A stretch of DNA of 64,000 nt from an uncultured Desulfobacterales bacterium (GCA_964647905.1 CAZYJR010000019.1:928-64927); one strand, 5' to 3'; shown: positions 7,631 through 20,031, numbered from the stretch's first letter. Translations and numbers: made by a program. Notes: generated from the letters alone by a model not told the origin.

Positions 7631-8515
7631 TCATCGCCCCCGCTTGGCCAAGAGGGCTCGATCCAGGCGGCTGTAATCCTTTCGGATGTGCCAAGTCTCA
7701 TAAGAGCCTGAGCGGCTTACCAGTTCAGTCGCGGCACTGAGCTGGCCCGGGGACATCTCCACCAGGAGCCACCCGCCTGGGGCGAGAAAGTCGGGGGCCT
7801 CTCGAATGATCCGCTCCACCAGGGCCATACCTCCGTCCCCCCCGTCCAGGGCCGCCCCGGGTTCATAGAGACCCACCTGCGGTGGGAGCGATCCCATCTC
7901 ATCGGAAGACACATAGGGGGGGTTGGAGATGACGGCGTGAAACTCCTCCCCACCGACCGCCTCGAAAAGGTCTCCCGAGCGAAAGGCCACCCGGTCCAGG
8001 AATCCGTGTCGTTCCGCATTGACCCGCGCAAGGTCCAGGGCCTCATCCGAGATATCCGTCGCCCAAACCCTTGCCTCGGGAATCTCCTTGCACAGAGAGA
8101 GTGCTATTGCACCGCACCCTGTGCCCAGATCCAGGAGGCGCACTTCCGACTCGCCCGAGGGCATTCGGCCCTGCCGCCAAAGGGCCAGTGTCTGCTCCAC
8201 CAGGAGCTCGGTCTCCGGCCTCGGGATGAGCACACCGGGTCCGACCTCGAAGTCAACGGACCAGAACTCCTGCCGCCCGGTGATGTATTGGACCGGCTCC
8301 CTGTTTGCGCGCCTCCTTACCAAATCCCTGTAACCGGTGACCTCCTTGGAAGTCAGGGGCTGATCCAGGCGCAGATAGAGATCGATTCGTTCAACATCCA
8401 AGGCGTGGGCCAGCAGGATCTCCGAGGAGAGCTTGGGGCTTTCTACGCCCTTGCCCTCCAGGTATTCCATCGTGACCCGGAGGATCTCCTTGATGGTCCA
8501 TGAACGTTCAGGCAT
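7631..8515 (-). CDS. prmC: release-factor glutamine N5-methyltransferase
   Basis: 294 aa with SAM motif LDLGTGCGAIAL and catalytic NPPY (ISNPPYVS). It sits immediately downstream of prfA. Confidence 0.9.
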   Translation of the reverse strand: MPERSWTIKEILRVTMEYLEGKGVESPKLSSEILLAHALDVERIDLYLRLDQPLTSKEVTGYRDLVRRRANREPVQYITGRQEFWSVDFEVGPGVLIPRPETELLVEQTLALWRQGRMPSGESEVRLLDLGTGCGAIALSLCKEIPEARVWATDISDEALDLARVNAERHGFLDRVAFRSGDLFEAVGGEEFHAVISNPPYVSSDEMGSLPPQVGLYEPGAALDGGDGGMALVERIIREAPDFLAPGGWLLVEMSPGQLSAATELVSRSGSYETWHIRKDYSRLDRALLAKRGR

Positions 8516-8549
8516 TTTTCAGTGACAGGGATTTCGTGGCCGCCGGGGG

Positions 8550-9611
<1,062 letters not shown>

Positions 9612-9697
9612 GGAAAGGCTCCGTGGTGCTCTTATCACGCCTTCTCAGGGGGGCCGCCGTGATCCGCGACGGTCTCGGCAAGCCCGGCCGGCGGCTC

Positions 9698-9925
9698 TCA
9701 GCCCTTCTGAGCACCGTCCTTTCCGGGGTATCGGGCGTACTTCTTCTTGAACCGCTCCACACGGCCCGCAGAGTCCACGAGCTTCTGCTTCCCGGTAAAA
9801 AACGGGTGGCACTGGGAGCAGATCTCCACCTTGATCTGCTTGGCCGTGGATCCTGTCTCGAACTCATTGCCGCAGGCGCAGTGAACAATGGTCTTGTGAT
9901 ATTCGGGATGAATCCCTTCCTTCAT
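9698..9925 (-). CDS. rpmE: 50S ribosomal protein L31
   Basis: [40 protein letters not shown]. The start at 9925 has GAGGAGGA ~8 nt upstream, whereas the track start 9934 has no spacing to that RBS. Confidence 0.9.
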   Translation of the reverse strand: MKEGIHPEYHKTIVHCACGNEFETGSTAKQIKVEICSQCHPFFTGKQKLVDSAGRVERFKKKYARYPGKDGAQKG

Positions 9926-9940
9926 GCAGTCCATCCTCCT

Positions 9941-11188
9941 CTATTCGCTCATAGATGCCAAAAAGTCTTTATTATTGCGGGTTCCCTTCATCTTGTCCAG
10001 CAAAAACTCCATGCTGTCCACAGGGGTAAGCGGGGCCAGCAACTTCCGGAGAATCCAGATCCGGTTGAGATCCGCGGGATCCACCAGGAGTTCCTCTTTC
10101 CGGGTACCTGAGCGATTGATGTCTATGGAGGGAAAGACCCGCCGATCGCTCAGCTTGCGATCCAGGTGAATCTCCATGTTGCCGGTCCCCTTGAATTCCT
10201 CGAATATCACCTCATCCATGCGGCTCCCGGTATCGATCAACGCGGTGGCTATGATGGTGAGGCTGCCGCCTTCCTCTACGTTCCGGGCCGCCCCGAAGAA
10301 CCTCTTGGGCTTGTGAAGGGCGTTCGAGTCAAGACCCCCTGAGAGGATCTTGCCGCTGGGGGGGACCGTGGCATTGTAGGCCCTCGCCAGGCGCGTGATG
10401 CTGTCCAGCAGAATAAGCACGTCCCGCTTGTGCTCCACCAATCGCTTAGCCTTCTCTATCACCATCTCGGCCACCTGTACGTGGCGGTGCTGGGGTTCGT
10501 CGAAAGTGGAGCTTATCACCTCCGCCTTGACCGAGCGCTGCATGTCGGTCACCTCTTCCGGCCTCTCGTCTATCAGGAGCACGATCTTGTGTATGTCCGG
10601 GTGATTCGCCGTGACACTGTTGGCGATATTCTGGAGGAGCATGGTCTTGCCGGTCCTGGGCGGGGCCACGATGAGCCCGCGCTGACCTTTACCGATCGGG
10701 GTCATGAGGTCCATGATCCGAGTGGAGTAGTTGTCGGCCGCGGTCTCCAGTCGAACCCCCTCTTCGGGATATAGGGGTATGAGGTTATCGAAAAGGATCT
10801 TTTCCCTGGAGACCTCGGGGTTCTCATGGTTGACCTGCTCCACCTTGAGGAGGGCGAAGTATCTCTCCGAGTCCTTGGGAGGCCTTATCTGGCCGGAGAC
10901 CGTATCCCCGGTCCTCAGATTGAATCGCCTGATCTGTGAAGGCGAGATATAGATGTCATCCGGGCCCGGCAGGTAATTCGAGTCCGGGGCCCTGAGGAAG
11001 CCGAACCCGTCGGGGAGGATCTCGAGGACCCCCTCGCCGTAGATCAGGCCGTTCCTCTCGGATTGGGCCTGGAGGAGGGAGAATATCAGCTCCTGTTTGG
11101 GCATGCCCGACGCGCCTTCTATGTTGGCCGTCTTGGCCATCTCGGTAAGCTCATTGATCTTCATTTGCTTCAATTCAACAATGTTCAT
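9941..11188 (-). CDS. rho: transcription termination factor Rho
   Basis: [19 protein letters not shown].. gives the Rho N-terminal domain, followed by the RNA-binding domain, Walker [13 protein letters not shown] and the C-terminal ATPase. ATG 11188 has a GGAG RBS, while the longer track ORF (11284) has none. Confidence 0.9.
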   Translation of the reverse strand: MNIVELKQMKINELTEMAKTANIEGASGMPKQELIFSLLQAQSERNGLIYGEGVLEILPDGFGFLRAPDSNYLPGPDDIYISPSQIRRFNLRTGDTVSGQIRPPKDSERYFALLKVEQVNHENPEVSREKILFDNLIPLYPEEGVRLETAADNYSTRIMDLMTPIGKGQRGLIVAPPRTGKTMLLQNIANSVTANHPDIHKIVLLIDERPEEVTDMQRSVKAEVISSTFDEPQHRHVQVAEMVIEKAKRLVEHKRDVLILLDSITRLARAYNATVPPSGKILSGGLDSNALHKPKRFFGAARNVEEGGSLTIIATALIDTGSRMDEVIFEEFKGTGNMEIHLDRKLSDRRVFPSIDINRSGTRKEELLVDPADLNRIWILRKLLAPLTPVDSMEFLLDKMKGTRNNKDFLASMSE

Positions 11189-11585
11189 CTTCTTTTCTCC
11201 AATTTCTTTTGTGAAATTATCATTCCTCCCTCTGTTCCGATTATTTCTTTTTTTGTTGTCGCGTGCCGCATCTCGGTGTTTCATGAGAATACCTGTTTAG
11301 GGTGTTCAGACTGGCACGGCCTTCCCGGGCGTCCCGTATGGAACATGCTCCTCGCCGGACACGGAGGGGCTAACCGCCTTGATTCCGGTAATGGTTCGGC
11401 CACTACCCGGGATTTCATCCCCCGCCTGGGGGTGCTGCAAGTCCACCTGAAGCCCATTTATGTCGTTGAATAATTATGGTGCAGCAGAGTACCCGTGAAG
11501 TCCTAATGATGTACGGTGAAGCTGATTCCTCTTATCAGGGAGGGAAACTCAGTTATATGAACTTATAAGCATATTTTACCCCATG

Positions 11586-12572
11586 TCAAGGTATTTCGCC
11601 CGGAGCAGTCATTCCTTTCAGCCCGTCCATTACCGCCTTCATGTCGGCGGGGAGAGGGGCTCGATACTCGCAGTAGGATCCGGTATCCGGATGCAGGAAC
11701 CCCAGCAGTTCGGCATGCAGCATTTGTCGGGCGGCGGCCGGTCCGGATCGCCCTTTTCGCCCGTAGATCTTGTCCCCCAAGACCGGGTGCCCCAAATGGG
11801 CCAGGTGGACCCGGATCTGGTGGGTCCGGCCGGTCTTCAAGGAGACCCGGAGGCGGGCGAACCCGGCAGGATAGCGCTCCTCGACCCTCCAGTGCGTCAG
11901 GGCCCTCTTCCCGGTCCCCGGAACAACGGCCATCTCCTTGCGCCTCCGCGGATTGCGGCCTATGGGAAGATCGATCTCCCCGGTCTCCCCGGCCGGGAGG
12001 CCGTGCACCAAGACCGAATACTGCTTGTTGACTCCTCCTTCCTTGAACTGGCGCGCCAGCGCCTCGTGAGACATATCGTTCTTGGCCACCACCATCAGGC
12101 CTGAAGTATCTCTGTCCAGGCGGTGCACGATGCCCGGCCGAACAACCCCCCCAATGCCCGAGAGGCCTTCACACCTGGCCAGGAGCCCATGCACCAAGGT
12201 CCCGGTGGCGTGGCCGGCTGCAGGATGGACCACCACCCCGGGGGGTTTGTCCAGGACGATAATGGACTGGTCTTCATGGACCACAGTGAACTCTACTGAC
12301 TCGGGCTCCAACCCGCAGGATCGGGGTGGGGGGACCGCTACTGTGATTCGGTCCCCTGGCCTCAGGTGGTAGCTGGGCTTGGGAATGCGGCCTTCGGCCC
12401 TGACGTGGCCTCTCCTGATAAGATCCTGGAGTCTGGAGCGCGTCAGCTCCGGTATGCGGGAGGCCAAAAAAGAGTCAATACGTTCACCGGCATGCTCTTG
12501 AGAGACAAGGTAGCAGAATGTTCTGCCCGATTCCCGGTCCACTGAATGAGCGCCGTTCTCCTCGGCCGTCAC
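11586..12572 (-). CDS. rluD: RluA-family 23S rRNA pseudouridine synthase (RluD-like)
   Basis: S4 domain followed by the catalytic HRLDRDTSGLMVVAK motif. The start is uncertain: I take GTG 12572, 4 nt after the carD stop. The track ORF start 12692 would overlap carD by 116 nt. Confidence 0.8.
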   Translation of the reverse strand: MTAEENGAHSVDRESGRTFCYLVSQEHAGERIDSFLASRIPELTRSRLQDLIRRGHVRAEGRIPKPSYHLRPGDRITVAVPPPRSCGLEPESVEFTVVHEDQSIIVLDKPPGVVVHPAAGHATGTLVHGLLARCEGLSGIGGVVRPGIVHRLDRDTSGLMVVAKNDMSHEALARQFKEGGVNKQYSVLVHGLPAGETGEIDLPIGRNPRRRKEMAVVPGTGKRALTHWRVEERYPAGFARLRVSLKTGRTHQIRVHLAHLGHPVLGDKIYGRKGRSGPAAARQMLHAELLGFLHPDTGSYCEYRAPLPADMKAVMDGLKGMTAPGEIP

Positions 12573-12576
12573 CTGT

Positions 12577-13056
12577 TCAGGCGAATATCCTGTCCAGGTC
12601 CTTCTCGATCTGCTTTTCTTCAACCTTTTTGGCCAGGGATATCTCTTTGACCAATAGGGTCCTGGCTGTATCCAGCATCTTTCGTTCCCCAAACGAGAGC
12701 TCTTTTTCTGTCTTCAGCATTAACAAATCTCGATATACTTCAGCCACCTCATAAACCGAGCCGGTCTTTATTTTATCCATGTACTCGCGATAACGCCTGT
12801 TCCAAGTCTGATTATCTACGGTAACATCACGTTTCTTTAAAATATTATACAATTTAGGCACTTCGTTCTTCTCAATTATCTCCCTCAGCCCCACATTATT
12901 TACGTTCTTAGTGGGTATCATAATCTTCATACCGTTATCCAGAATTCTCATGACATAAAAATCCTGGGAAAAGCCGGAAATTTCCTGGCTCTCGATCTTC
13001 TCTATCACCCCGACCCCGTGTGCAGGATAAACCGCCAAATCCCCTACGCTGAACAT
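12577..13056 (-). CDS. carD: CarD/CdnL-family RNA-polymerase-binding regulator
   Basis: MFSVGDLAVYPAHGVGVIEKIESQEISG..DFYVMRIL.. is the CarD_CdnL_TRCF N-terminal signature. 159 aa. Confidence 0.85.
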   Translation of the reverse strand: MFSVGDLAVYPAHGVGVIEKIESQEISGFSQDFYVMRILDNGMKIMIPTKNVNNVGLREIIEKNEVPKLYNILKKRDVTVDNQTWNRRYREYMDKIKTGSVYEVAEVYRDLLMLKTEKELSFGERKMLDTARTLLVKEISLAKKVEEKQIEKDLDRIFA

Positions 13057-13212
13057 CTACCCAACCCCCGTTTTCCACAGGGCGTAAGGCCCTTTGCCAT
13101 GGGCGATCCCGGGTGTGGGAACGCGCCGGTGGCTGTGAAGAGGTGAATAATGAACAGGCCGGAGCGGCCCCTGGAAAAAGCGCACAGCAGGCCGCCCCGC
13201 ACCCTCCCTTAC

Positions 13213-15264
13213 CTAGAACAGGCCTCCCCATGCCCCCAAGATCGGAGCTATCACCAGGGAGACGACCGACATGAGCTTGATCAGGATATTCATGGCGGGC
13301 CCGGAGGTGTCCTTGAAGGGATCTCCCACGGTGTCGCCCACCACGGCGGCCTTGTGATTGTCACTGCCTTTGCCGCCCAGATTGCCCTCTTCAATGTACT
13401 TCTTGGCATTGTCCCAGGCGCCGCCGCTGTTGGCCATGAACAAGGCCAGGAACGCGCCCATGGCGGTCGCGCCCAGCAGCATGCCCCCGAGGGTCTCCGG
13501 CCCCAGGATGAAGCCCACTGCGACAGGGGTCAGGACCGCTACCAGGCCGGGGACGACCATCTCCTTGAGGGCCGCGGTGGTTGCGATGTCCACGCACGTC
13601 GCCGGATCAGGCTTGGCGCCTTCCTTGCCTTCCAGCAGGCCGGGGATTTCGCGGAACTGCCGCCTGATCTCCTCCACGATGCTGAACGCCGCCTTGCCCA
13701 CCGAGGTCATGGTCAGCGCCGCGCAGATCATCGGGACCATGCCGCCGATGAAGACCCCGATGACCACCATGGGGTTCTTGATATCAATGGCCTCCAGCCC
13801 TACGGCCTGGGTGTAGGCCACAAAGAGGGCCAGCGCGGTCAAAGCGGCTGATCCGATGGCGAAGCCCTTTCCTATGGCCGCCGTGGTGTTGCCCAGGGCG
13901 TCCAGGCTGTCCGTGATCTTGCGGGTCTCGGGGCCCAGCTCGCTCATCTCGGATATCCCGCCCGCGTTGTCCGCGATAGGACCGTAGGCGTCCACGGTCA
14001 TGGTCGCGCCCACCGTAGCCAGCATGCCTACTGCTGAAAGCCCGATCCCGTAAATCCCGGCGGCCTTGAAGCCTATGAACGTAGCCACACAGATGCCGAG
14101 CATGGGGAGATAAGTGGAGATCATCCCCACCGCCAGGCCGGCTATAATGACCGTGGCGGCTCCGGTCTCAGATTGGCCCGCTATCCTGCGGATCGGGGGG
14201 CCGGAGGTGTAGTATTCCGCCAGCAGTCCTATGGCTATTCCGCAAAGGAGTCCGCTGAAGACCGCCCAGAAGCAGCCCCAGGGCATCCCCAGCGAGCTGG
14301 TGACGATAATGGTCAAGACCACGAAGATCACCGCAGCCACAAAGGTGGTGTAACGCAGGGCGGCCGCGGGGTTGCCTCTTGCAAAGGCCTTGATGGAGAA
14401 TACGCCGGCGAACGAACTCAAGAGACCCGCCATGACCACCAGTATGGGCATGGCCATGTACTTCAGCTTTATGGCTTCTTCGGACAAGCCCTTGAGCACG
14501 GCAAAGCGATCCACAAACTCCGGAGTAATGGTAAGCGTGGCGCCGATGGCTATGGTGGCGATGACCGAGCCTACAAAAGACTCGAAGATGTCCGCGCCCA
14601 TACCGGCTATGTCGCCTACATTGTCGCCCACATTGTCCGCGATGACGCCCGGGTTTCTGGGGTCGTCCTCGGGGATCCCCGCCTCCACCTTGCCCACCAG
14701 GTCCGCGCCCACGTCAGCGGCCTTGGTGTAAACGCCGCCGCCGACACGCGCGAACAGGGCGATGGAGCTCGCACCCATGGCGAAGCCATTGATGTACTGT
14801 GCGGTTTCAGGAGATCCACCCCATACCCAGAACCAGAAGCCCAGCCCCAGCATGCCGAGACCGGCCACGGCCAGGCCCATGACCGCGCCGGAAAAATACG
14901 ATACGTTCAGGGCCTTGGCCTGACCCGACTTGTTGGCCGCCTCGGCCGTTCGGGAGTTGCCGCGTGTCGCCGCGGTCATTCCGGAATAACCGGCGGCCAT
15001 TGAGCAGAAGGCCCCTGTCAGGAACGCCAGGGCCGTCCTCCAAGCGATTCCTACCCCCAACAGTACGAACACCACCCCGATGAAGATTATCAGGATGGAG
15101 TACTCCCGCCTGAGGAAGGTCATGGCGCCTATGTGAATCTGGTCTTCCAGCTCCCGCATCAGCGGTGAACCATTCGGCTGCTTCTTTACGTAGCCGAAAA
15201 TCAGCCACGCGATCACCAAGCTCAGTATCCCCAAGAACGGGGCGTAAACAGTTAATCCCTGCAT
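13213..15264 (-). CDS. hppA: membrane-integral cation-pumping pyrophosphatase (K+-dependent type)
   Basis: 683 aa and polytopic. Motifs present: [58 protein letters not shown]. Ala rather than Lys in GNTT(A/K)A marks the K+-dependent subfamily (established rule). Confidence 0.9.
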   Translation of the reverse strand: MQGLTVYAPFLGILSLVIAWLIFGYVKKQPNGSPLMRELEDQIHIGAMTFLRREYSILIIFIGVVFVLLGVGIAWRTALAFLTGAFCSMAAGYSGMTAATRGNSRTAEAANKSGQAKALNVSYFSGAVMGLAVAGLGMLGLGFWFWVWGGSPETAQYINGFAMGASSIALFARVGGGVYTKAADVGADLVGKVEAGIPEDDPRNPGVIADNVGDNVGDIAGMGADIFESFVGSVIATIAIGATLTITPEFVDRFAVLKGLSEEAIKLKYMAMPILVVMAGLLSSFAGVFSIKAFARGNPAAALRYTTFVAAVIFVVLTIIVTSSLGMPWGCFWAVFSGLLCGIAIGLLAEYYTSGPPIRRIAGQSETGAATVIIAGLAVGMISTYLPMLGICVATFIGFKAAGIYGIGLSAVGMLATVGATMTVDAYGPIADNAGGISEMSELGPETRKITDSLDALGNTTAAIGKGFAIGSAALTALALFVAYTQAVGLEAIDIKNPMVVIGVFIGGMVPMICAALTMTSVGKAAFSIVEEIRRQFREIPGLLEGKEGAKPDPATCVDIATTAALKEMVVPGLVAVLTPVAVGFILGPETLGGMLLGATAMGAFLALFMANSGGAWDNAKKYIEEGNLGGKGSDNHKAAVVGDTVGDPFKDTSGPAMNILIKLMSVVSLVIAPILGAWGGLF

Positions 15265-15270
15265 CAGCTT

Positions 15271-15858
15271 CTACCCTCCTTGCTTTGAGATGAGATTTTG
15301 GCCGTTGACGGCGTTCATCGCCGCGTCAACACCCTCCCCAACGAAGAGCTCACATGCCCGAATTCCCAGCTCTATGACCTTCGTTACTACCCCCTCCTCA
15401 TCCTCCCTGAAGGGGCTTAACACGAACTCTTGCACCTCCTCGCCCTCTGCAGGCCTGCCGATCCCGATCCTCACCCTCGGGAAGTCCTTTGTCCGGAGGT
15501 GCTCGATGCAGGAACCCACGCCCTTGTGGCCTCCTGCTCCTCCTCCCTTGGCCACTCGCACCCTGCCCAGAGGCAGATCCAGATCATCGTGGATCACCAG
15601 GACGGCGCCCGGATCCGTCCGGTAATACCGGACCCAGGCCCCCACGGCCTCGCCGCTTCGGTTCATGAACGTCATCGGACAGACTATGAGCACGGCTCGC
15701 CCCGCCACCAGAGCCCTGCCGTATCTGGACCGGAAACGGCCGGCCGAGAGTCCGATCCCCAGGCTCCGGGCGAATGCCTCCGCCACTGCGAAACCCATGT
15801 TATGCCTGGTCCGACTGTACTTGGATCCGGGATTTCCGAGCCCCGCAATCAGATACAC
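15271..15858 (-). CDS. pth: peptidyl-tRNA hydrolase
   Basis: MYLIAGLGNPGSKYSRTRHNMGF.. is the canonical Pth N-terminus. 195 aa. Confidence 0.9.
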   Translation of the reverse strand: MYLIAGLGNPGSKYSRTRHNMGFAVAEAFARSLGIGLSAGRFRSRYGRALVAGRAVLIVCPMTFMNRSGEAVGAWVRYYRTDPGAVLVIHDDLDLPLGRVRVAKGGGAGGHKGVGSCIEHLRTKDFPRVRIGIGRPAEGEEVQEFVLSPFREDEEGVVTKVIELGIRACELFVGEGVDAAMNAVNGQNLISKQGG

Positions 15859-15909
15859 TTCTTAAGGAACTCCCTTCACCCCCTTTCCATGATGATCTCT
15901 GTATCCCCT

Positions 15910-16578
15910 TCACTCCGCAGGCTCTTCGCCTTCGGTTTCTTCCTCTTCACCCCCGGGCCCCAGGCCCTCCTCTTCCTCGAGAGCACCCTCGACCGGCATC
16001 TCCTCGGATATGGATGGAGCGGCTACCACGGCCACGGTCAGATGACCATCCTGGGCGGTTGTCACTCCTTCGGGCAGTGAAATATCCTCAATGTGCACCG
16101 CGTCACCCATGTCCAGATGCGACACATCCACGTCCAATTGATCCATCAGCTTACCCGGGAGGCAGGAAACCGTGATCTCCCGCCTGATATACTGGAGGAT
16201 ACCGCCCTTGGTGACCCCGACGGGCTCTCCCACCAGATTCACCGGGATATCCACGGTGATCTCCTCGTCCATGGAGATCTCGTAGAAGTCCGCATGGAGG
16301 TATTCGCCCTTGATGGGGTCCACCTGAAGCTCCTTGAGCATGGCCGTTGCCTTGCGAACCCTTCCCTCCCCGGAGGCTATGTTGAGTCCTATGATGACGC
16401 TCTCCGCGCTTGCCTTCTTGAGAATGCTCTGCATGTCCCCGGAATTCACGGCCAGGTTGACCGTTCCGGTCTTGGGGCCATAAAACACAGCCGGTATTTG
16501 CTTGTTTTGTCGTATCTTTCTCGCCACTTCCTTACCTGTTTGAGACCTTACGGTAGCGGCCAGCTCGAACTGTGCCAT
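15910..16578 (-). CDS. rplY: 50S ribosomal protein L25 / general stress protein Ctc
   Basis: ..RSQTGKEVARKIRQNKQIPAVFYG.. with an acidic C-terminal tail. It is positioned between prs and pth as in many bacteria. Confidence 0.85.
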   Translation of the reverse strand: MAQFELAATVRSQTGKEVARKIRQNKQIPAVFYGPKTGTVNLAVNSGDMQSILKKASAESVIIGLNIASGEGRVRKATAMLKELQVDPIKGEYLHADFYEISMDEEITVDIPVNLVGEPVGVTKGGILQYIRREITVSCLPGKLMDQLDVDVSHLDMGDAVHIEDISLPEGVTTAQDGHLTVAVVAAPSISEEMPVEGALEEEEGLGPGGEEEETEGEEPAE

Positions 16579-16679
16579 TTATTCGTCCTCCCGAGTCCCC
16601 GCCGCCAGCGGGGGTTAATAATAAAAATTTTCACAAGATGCCCCAAAATGAAGCCCCCGCGCGAGGGGGCTTTTCCCGA

Positions 16680-17609
16680 TCAGACAAACAAAGTGCTCAC
16701 CGAGTGAGAGCTGTAGATCCGCTTGATGGTCTCGCCCAGCAGCTCGGCCACGGAAAGGACCGTGATCTTCGGGTTCTCCGAGGCCTCCTTTCCCAGCGGA
16801 ATGGTATCGGTCACGATCAGGTGATCCATTGGGGATCGGCTTATCCGCTCGACGGCCGGGCCCGAGAGCACCGGATGGGTGCAACAGGCATAGACCCGGG
16901 CGGCTCCATGATTCACCAGGGCGCTTGCAGCCTGGGTGAGGGTTCCGGCCGTATCCACCATGTCGTCCAGGACTATGGCCGTCTTCCCGGCCACCTCGCC
17001 TATTATGTTCATGGCCTCCGCGATGTTGGGAGCATCCCGCCTCTTATCTATGATGGCCAGGGAGGCATCCAATCTCTTGGCAAAGGCCCTTGCCCGTTCC
17101 ACCCCGCCGGCATCCGGGGAGACCATTACGAGATCATTCCCGAAATGGGCTTGAATATACTTCAAAAGGACCGGAGCTGCGAATAGATTGTCCACCGGTA
17201 TGTCAAAATACCCCTGTATCTGGCCCGCATGCAGATCCACTGCGACCACCCTGTGCGCCCCTGCCACGGTGATCAGATCCGCCACCAGTTTGGCGCTTAT
17301 CGGCACCCGGGGCTTTACCTTGCGATCCTGCCTGCCGTACCCGTAATACGGTATTACCGCGGTGATCCGCTTGGCGGACGCCCTCTTCAGGGCGTCGATG
17401 ATTATCAGGAGCTGCATCAGATTGTCATTGACAGGCGTACAGGTCGATTGCAGAACAAATACGTCGCGGCCCCTGATATTCTCGTGGATCTCCACCTGGG
17501 TCTCACCGTCGCTGAAGGTCTTCGCGCTGATCCCCCCGGGCTCTATGCCCAGGTAACCGCAGACCTTCCGAGTAAGCTCGGGATTTGACCTTCCCCCAAA
17601 AAGCTTCAT
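16680..17609 (-). CDS. prs: ribose-phosphate pyrophosphokinase
   Basis: [23 protein letters not shown].., ..[10 protein letters not shown].., and the PRPP loop ..[12 protein letters not shown]... 309 aa. Confidence 0.9.
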   Translation of the reverse strand: MKLFGGRSNPELTRKVCGYLGIEPGGISAKTFSDGETQVEIHENIRGRDVFVLQSTCTPVNDNLMQLLIIIDALKRASAKRITAVIPYYGYGRQDRKVKPRVPISAKLVADLITVAGAHRVVAVDLHAGQIQGYFDIPVDNLFAAPVLLKYIQAHFGNDLVMVSPDAGGVERARAFAKRLDASLAIIDKRRDAPNIAEAMNIIGEVAGKTAIVLDDMVDTAGTLTQAASALVNHGAARVYACCTHPVLSGPAVERISRSPMDHLIVTDTIPLGKEASENPKITVLSVAELLGETIKRIYSSHSVSTLFV

Positions 17610-18504
17610 TCCTATTCAATCCGGCGTCCGAAGGACTCAACCCCCGGCGCCCCCCCAACCAGTTGGTAACAACGAAGACATCCCCCATTTTCCGTGACAG
17701 GAGCTCTTCACCCGCGCCCCGCGCATGCTCCGGGGAAGTGAATGCGCCAAAGACCGTCGGGCCGCTCCCCGTCATCAAGGCCCCTGCGGCCCCCGCCTCT
17801 CTCAGCGCCTCCTTGATGGTGCCTATGATCGGATAAGCCGTCTCTGTCACCCGTTCCAGATCGTTTTCCAGCAGATCCGCCACAGAGAACCGACCGTTTT
17901 TTAAGAGTGTGAATATATAGTCATATTCGCCTGTTGTCAACTCGATTTTGACCCGGTTGTAGACCCAAGCGGTGGAAACCGCGATCGGCGGCTTCACCAG
18001 GACGTACCATACCTCGGGCCACCACCCCAGGGGCTCCAAGAGCTCCCCCGCCCCCCGGGCGAGTGAAGGCACTGCTTGAAGGAAAAACGGTACATCCGCA
18101 CCGAGTCTTGCCGCCTCCTCGGCCAGGTCGTCCGGGGAAAAAGCCCCCGGCCACATGTGGTCCATGGCGCGGAGAACGGCGCCGGCATCGCTGCTCCCGC
18201 CGCCGAGCCCGGCGGCCAACGGAATGCGTTTATCCAGGTAGAGGGAGATCCCCCTTCCCGGATCCGCCTTGGCAAGAAACGCCCTTGCCGCACGAACCGC
18301 CAGGTTGTCCTCGCCCCTGGGGACGGGCAGGCCCGTGGTGCGGAGGCTTACACCAGGGCTGTCCTTTTTTTCCACCTCCACCCTGTCGGTCAGGTCCACC
18401 GGCACCATGACGCTCACCAGCTCATGGTAACCGTCAGGCCTCCGGCCGGTGACCTTGAGGCGCAGGTTTAGCTTGGCCGGCGCCTCCAGGGTGATGCCAT
18501 CCAC
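17503..18504 (-). CDS. ispE: 4-diphosphocytidyl-2-C-methyl-D-erythritol kinase
   Basis: GHMP kinase with [10 protein letters not shown].., ..[18 protein letters not shown].., ..[10 protein letters not shown]... The recognisable domain ends near ..VFVVTNW. A further 51-aa Arg-rich tail overlaps the prs start by 107 nt. Confidence 0.85.
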   Translation of the reverse strand: MDGITLEAPAKLNLRLKVTGRRPDGYHELVSVMVPVDLTDRVEVEKKDSPGVSLRTTGLPVPRGEDNLAVRAARAFLAKADPGRGISLYLDKRIPLAAGLGGGSSDAGAVLRAMDHMWPGAFSPDDLAEEAARLGADVPFFLQAVPSLARGAGELLEPLGWWPEVWYVLVKPPIAVSTAWVYNRVKIELTTGEYDYIFTLLKNGRFSVADLLENDLERVTETAYPIIGTIKEALREAGAAGALMTGSGPTVFGAFTSPEHARGAGEELLSRKMGDVFVVTNWLGGRRGLSPSDAGLNRNEAFWGKVKSRAYSEGLRLPGHRARGDQREDLQRR

Positions 18505-18516
18505 GGGCCGGGCCTT

Positions 18517-19944
18517 TTAGCCCCTGAGCTTCAGGGTCAAAAACAGGGTATTGCCGCCCCGCCTGACCAGGAAGAGAACGGTATCGCCCTCCTCATATTC
18601 CGAGATCTTTTCCCGGTACTCGGACAGGGTCCTCACCTCCTGCCTGTCGATTTCCAGGATCAGGTCCCCCGGCCGCAGCCCGGCCTCCTCAGCCGGAGTG
18701 TTTCTTCCCACCTCCACAACCACCAGACCCTGCCGCTCGGGGATATCATAGTGCCTTGCCAGCTCCGGGGTGAGCTCCTCCACCCTCATGCCCAGGTCCA
18801 TGCGGGGGGTGGTGGATTCCTCAGCAGTGGGTTCCTCTCCCTCCTCGAGTTTCCCTATCTTCACCTCCAGGATCTTCTTGCGGCCGTCCCTGACAACGCC
18901 CAACTCCACCACCTTTCCCACAGGTGTGGAGCCCACCATCATTGGGAGCTCGCTCATCTCCTTGACCTCCCTCCCCGCAAAGGAGACTATCACGTCCCCC
19001 CTTTGGACGCCGGCCTTGTCCGCCGGCCCGCCTGGTGTGACGTCGGCCACCAGGGCGCCCTTTTGGCTCTTCAATCCCAGCTTCTCCTGGAGCTCCGGGG
19101 TGATCGACTGGATCATCACGCCCAGCCACCCTCGAACCACCTTGCCTTCCTTGAGCTGGGGGAGCAGGTCCTTGGCCAGGTTCACCGGCACGGCGAAGCC
19201 GATTCCTATGCTGCCTCCGGTGCGGGAGTAAATGGCCGAATTGATGCCCACCACCTTCCCCTCGGTGTCTAGGAGAGGCCCCCCGCTGTTGCCCGGGTTG
19301 ATGGAGGCATCGGTCTGGATGAAATTGGCGTAGGACTCCATTCCGATGCGACGATATTTAGCGCTCACTATGCCGGCTGTTACCGTATGACCCAATCCGA
19401 ACGGATTTCCGATGGCCACCACCCAATCCCCGACCTCCAGGGAGTCGGAATCGCCGAACGGCAGAGGCTCCAGGTCCTCGTCCACGTCTATCTTGATGAG
19501 GGCCAGGTCGGTTTTGGGGTCCCTGCCCACTATCTCGGCCTCGTACTCATTGTCATCGGCCAGAATCACCTTTATCTCATCGGTCTTTTCCACAACGTGG
19601 TTGTTGGTCAGTATGAATCCCTCCTCGTCTATGATGAAGCCGCTCCCCAGGCTGCGCTGCCTGTACTCCCTGGGGATCTGGTCCCCGAAGAAGCGCTCGA
19701 AAAACTCGTTAAACGGATCGTCCTTGCCGTAGGGGCTGCTGAAGAACTGGAAGTCCCGGCCCTTGAGCACCTTGACCGTGCTGATGTTCACCACGGAATC
19801 CCTCACTTCCTTGACCAGGCCGCTGAAACTGCCCGGCGTCTCCGAGGCCCGCTTACCGGTTTGGGCGAAAACAGGCTGAGCCACGAAAAAGAAAACAAAA
19901 AGACACCAAAAAACCCCTATAATACCTCTTGATGATACCTTCAT
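18517..19944 (-). CDS. periplasmic serine endoprotease, DegP/DegQ/HtrA family (two PDZ domains)
   Basis: Signal peptide MKVSSRGIIGVFWCLFVFFFVAQPVFA. Catalytic elements ..LTNNHVV.., ..DLALIK.., ..GNSGGPLL... Two PDZ-like segments follow. ATG 19944 has RBS AAGGAAG. Confidence 0.9.
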   Translation of the reverse strand: MKVSSRGIIGVFWCLFVFFFVAQPVFAQTGKRASETPGSFSGLVKEVRDSVVNISTVKVLKGRDFQFFSSPYGKDDPFNEFFERFFGDQIPREYRQRSLGSGFIIDEEGFILTNNHVVEKTDEIKVILADDNEYEAEIVGRDPKTDLALIKIDVDEDLEPLPFGDSDSLEVGDWVVAIGNPFGLGHTVTAGIVSAKYRRIGMESYANFIQTDASINPGNSGGPLLDTEGKVVGINSAIYSRTGGSIGIGFAVPVNLAKDLLPQLKEGKVVRGWLGVMIQSITPELQEKLGLKSQKGALVADVTPGGPADKAGVQRGDVIVSFAGREVKEMSELPMMVGSTPVGKVVELGVVRDGRKKILEVKIGKLEEGEEPTAEESTTPRMDLGMRVEELTPELARHYDIPERQGLVVVEVGRNTPAEEAGLRPGDLILEIDRQEVRTLSEYREKISEYEEGDTVLFLVRRGGNTLFLTLKLRG

Positions 19945-20031
19945 TATGATACTTCCTTTCTTGGTGAAATCGGGCCCTTTGTTCCGGGATCCCGACAATC
20001 AAATGGATCCGCCTGATCAATTGGGGGCGGC

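Noticed and set aside
11310-11330. CTGGCACGGCCTTCCC as a sigma54 promoter
   Set aside because: It has the -24 TGGCACG but no GC dinucleotide at the -12 register. It is also on the strand opposite to rho.
11285-11585. Possible housekeeping ncRNA (SRP RNA, 6S, RNase P, tmRNA) or riboswitch in the rho upstream region
   Set aside because: I looked for the conserved cores: the SRP GGAAGCAGCC-type motif, the RNase P GAGGAAAGUCC motif, and the tmRNA 5' end. None was found. The region is treated as the rho leader only.
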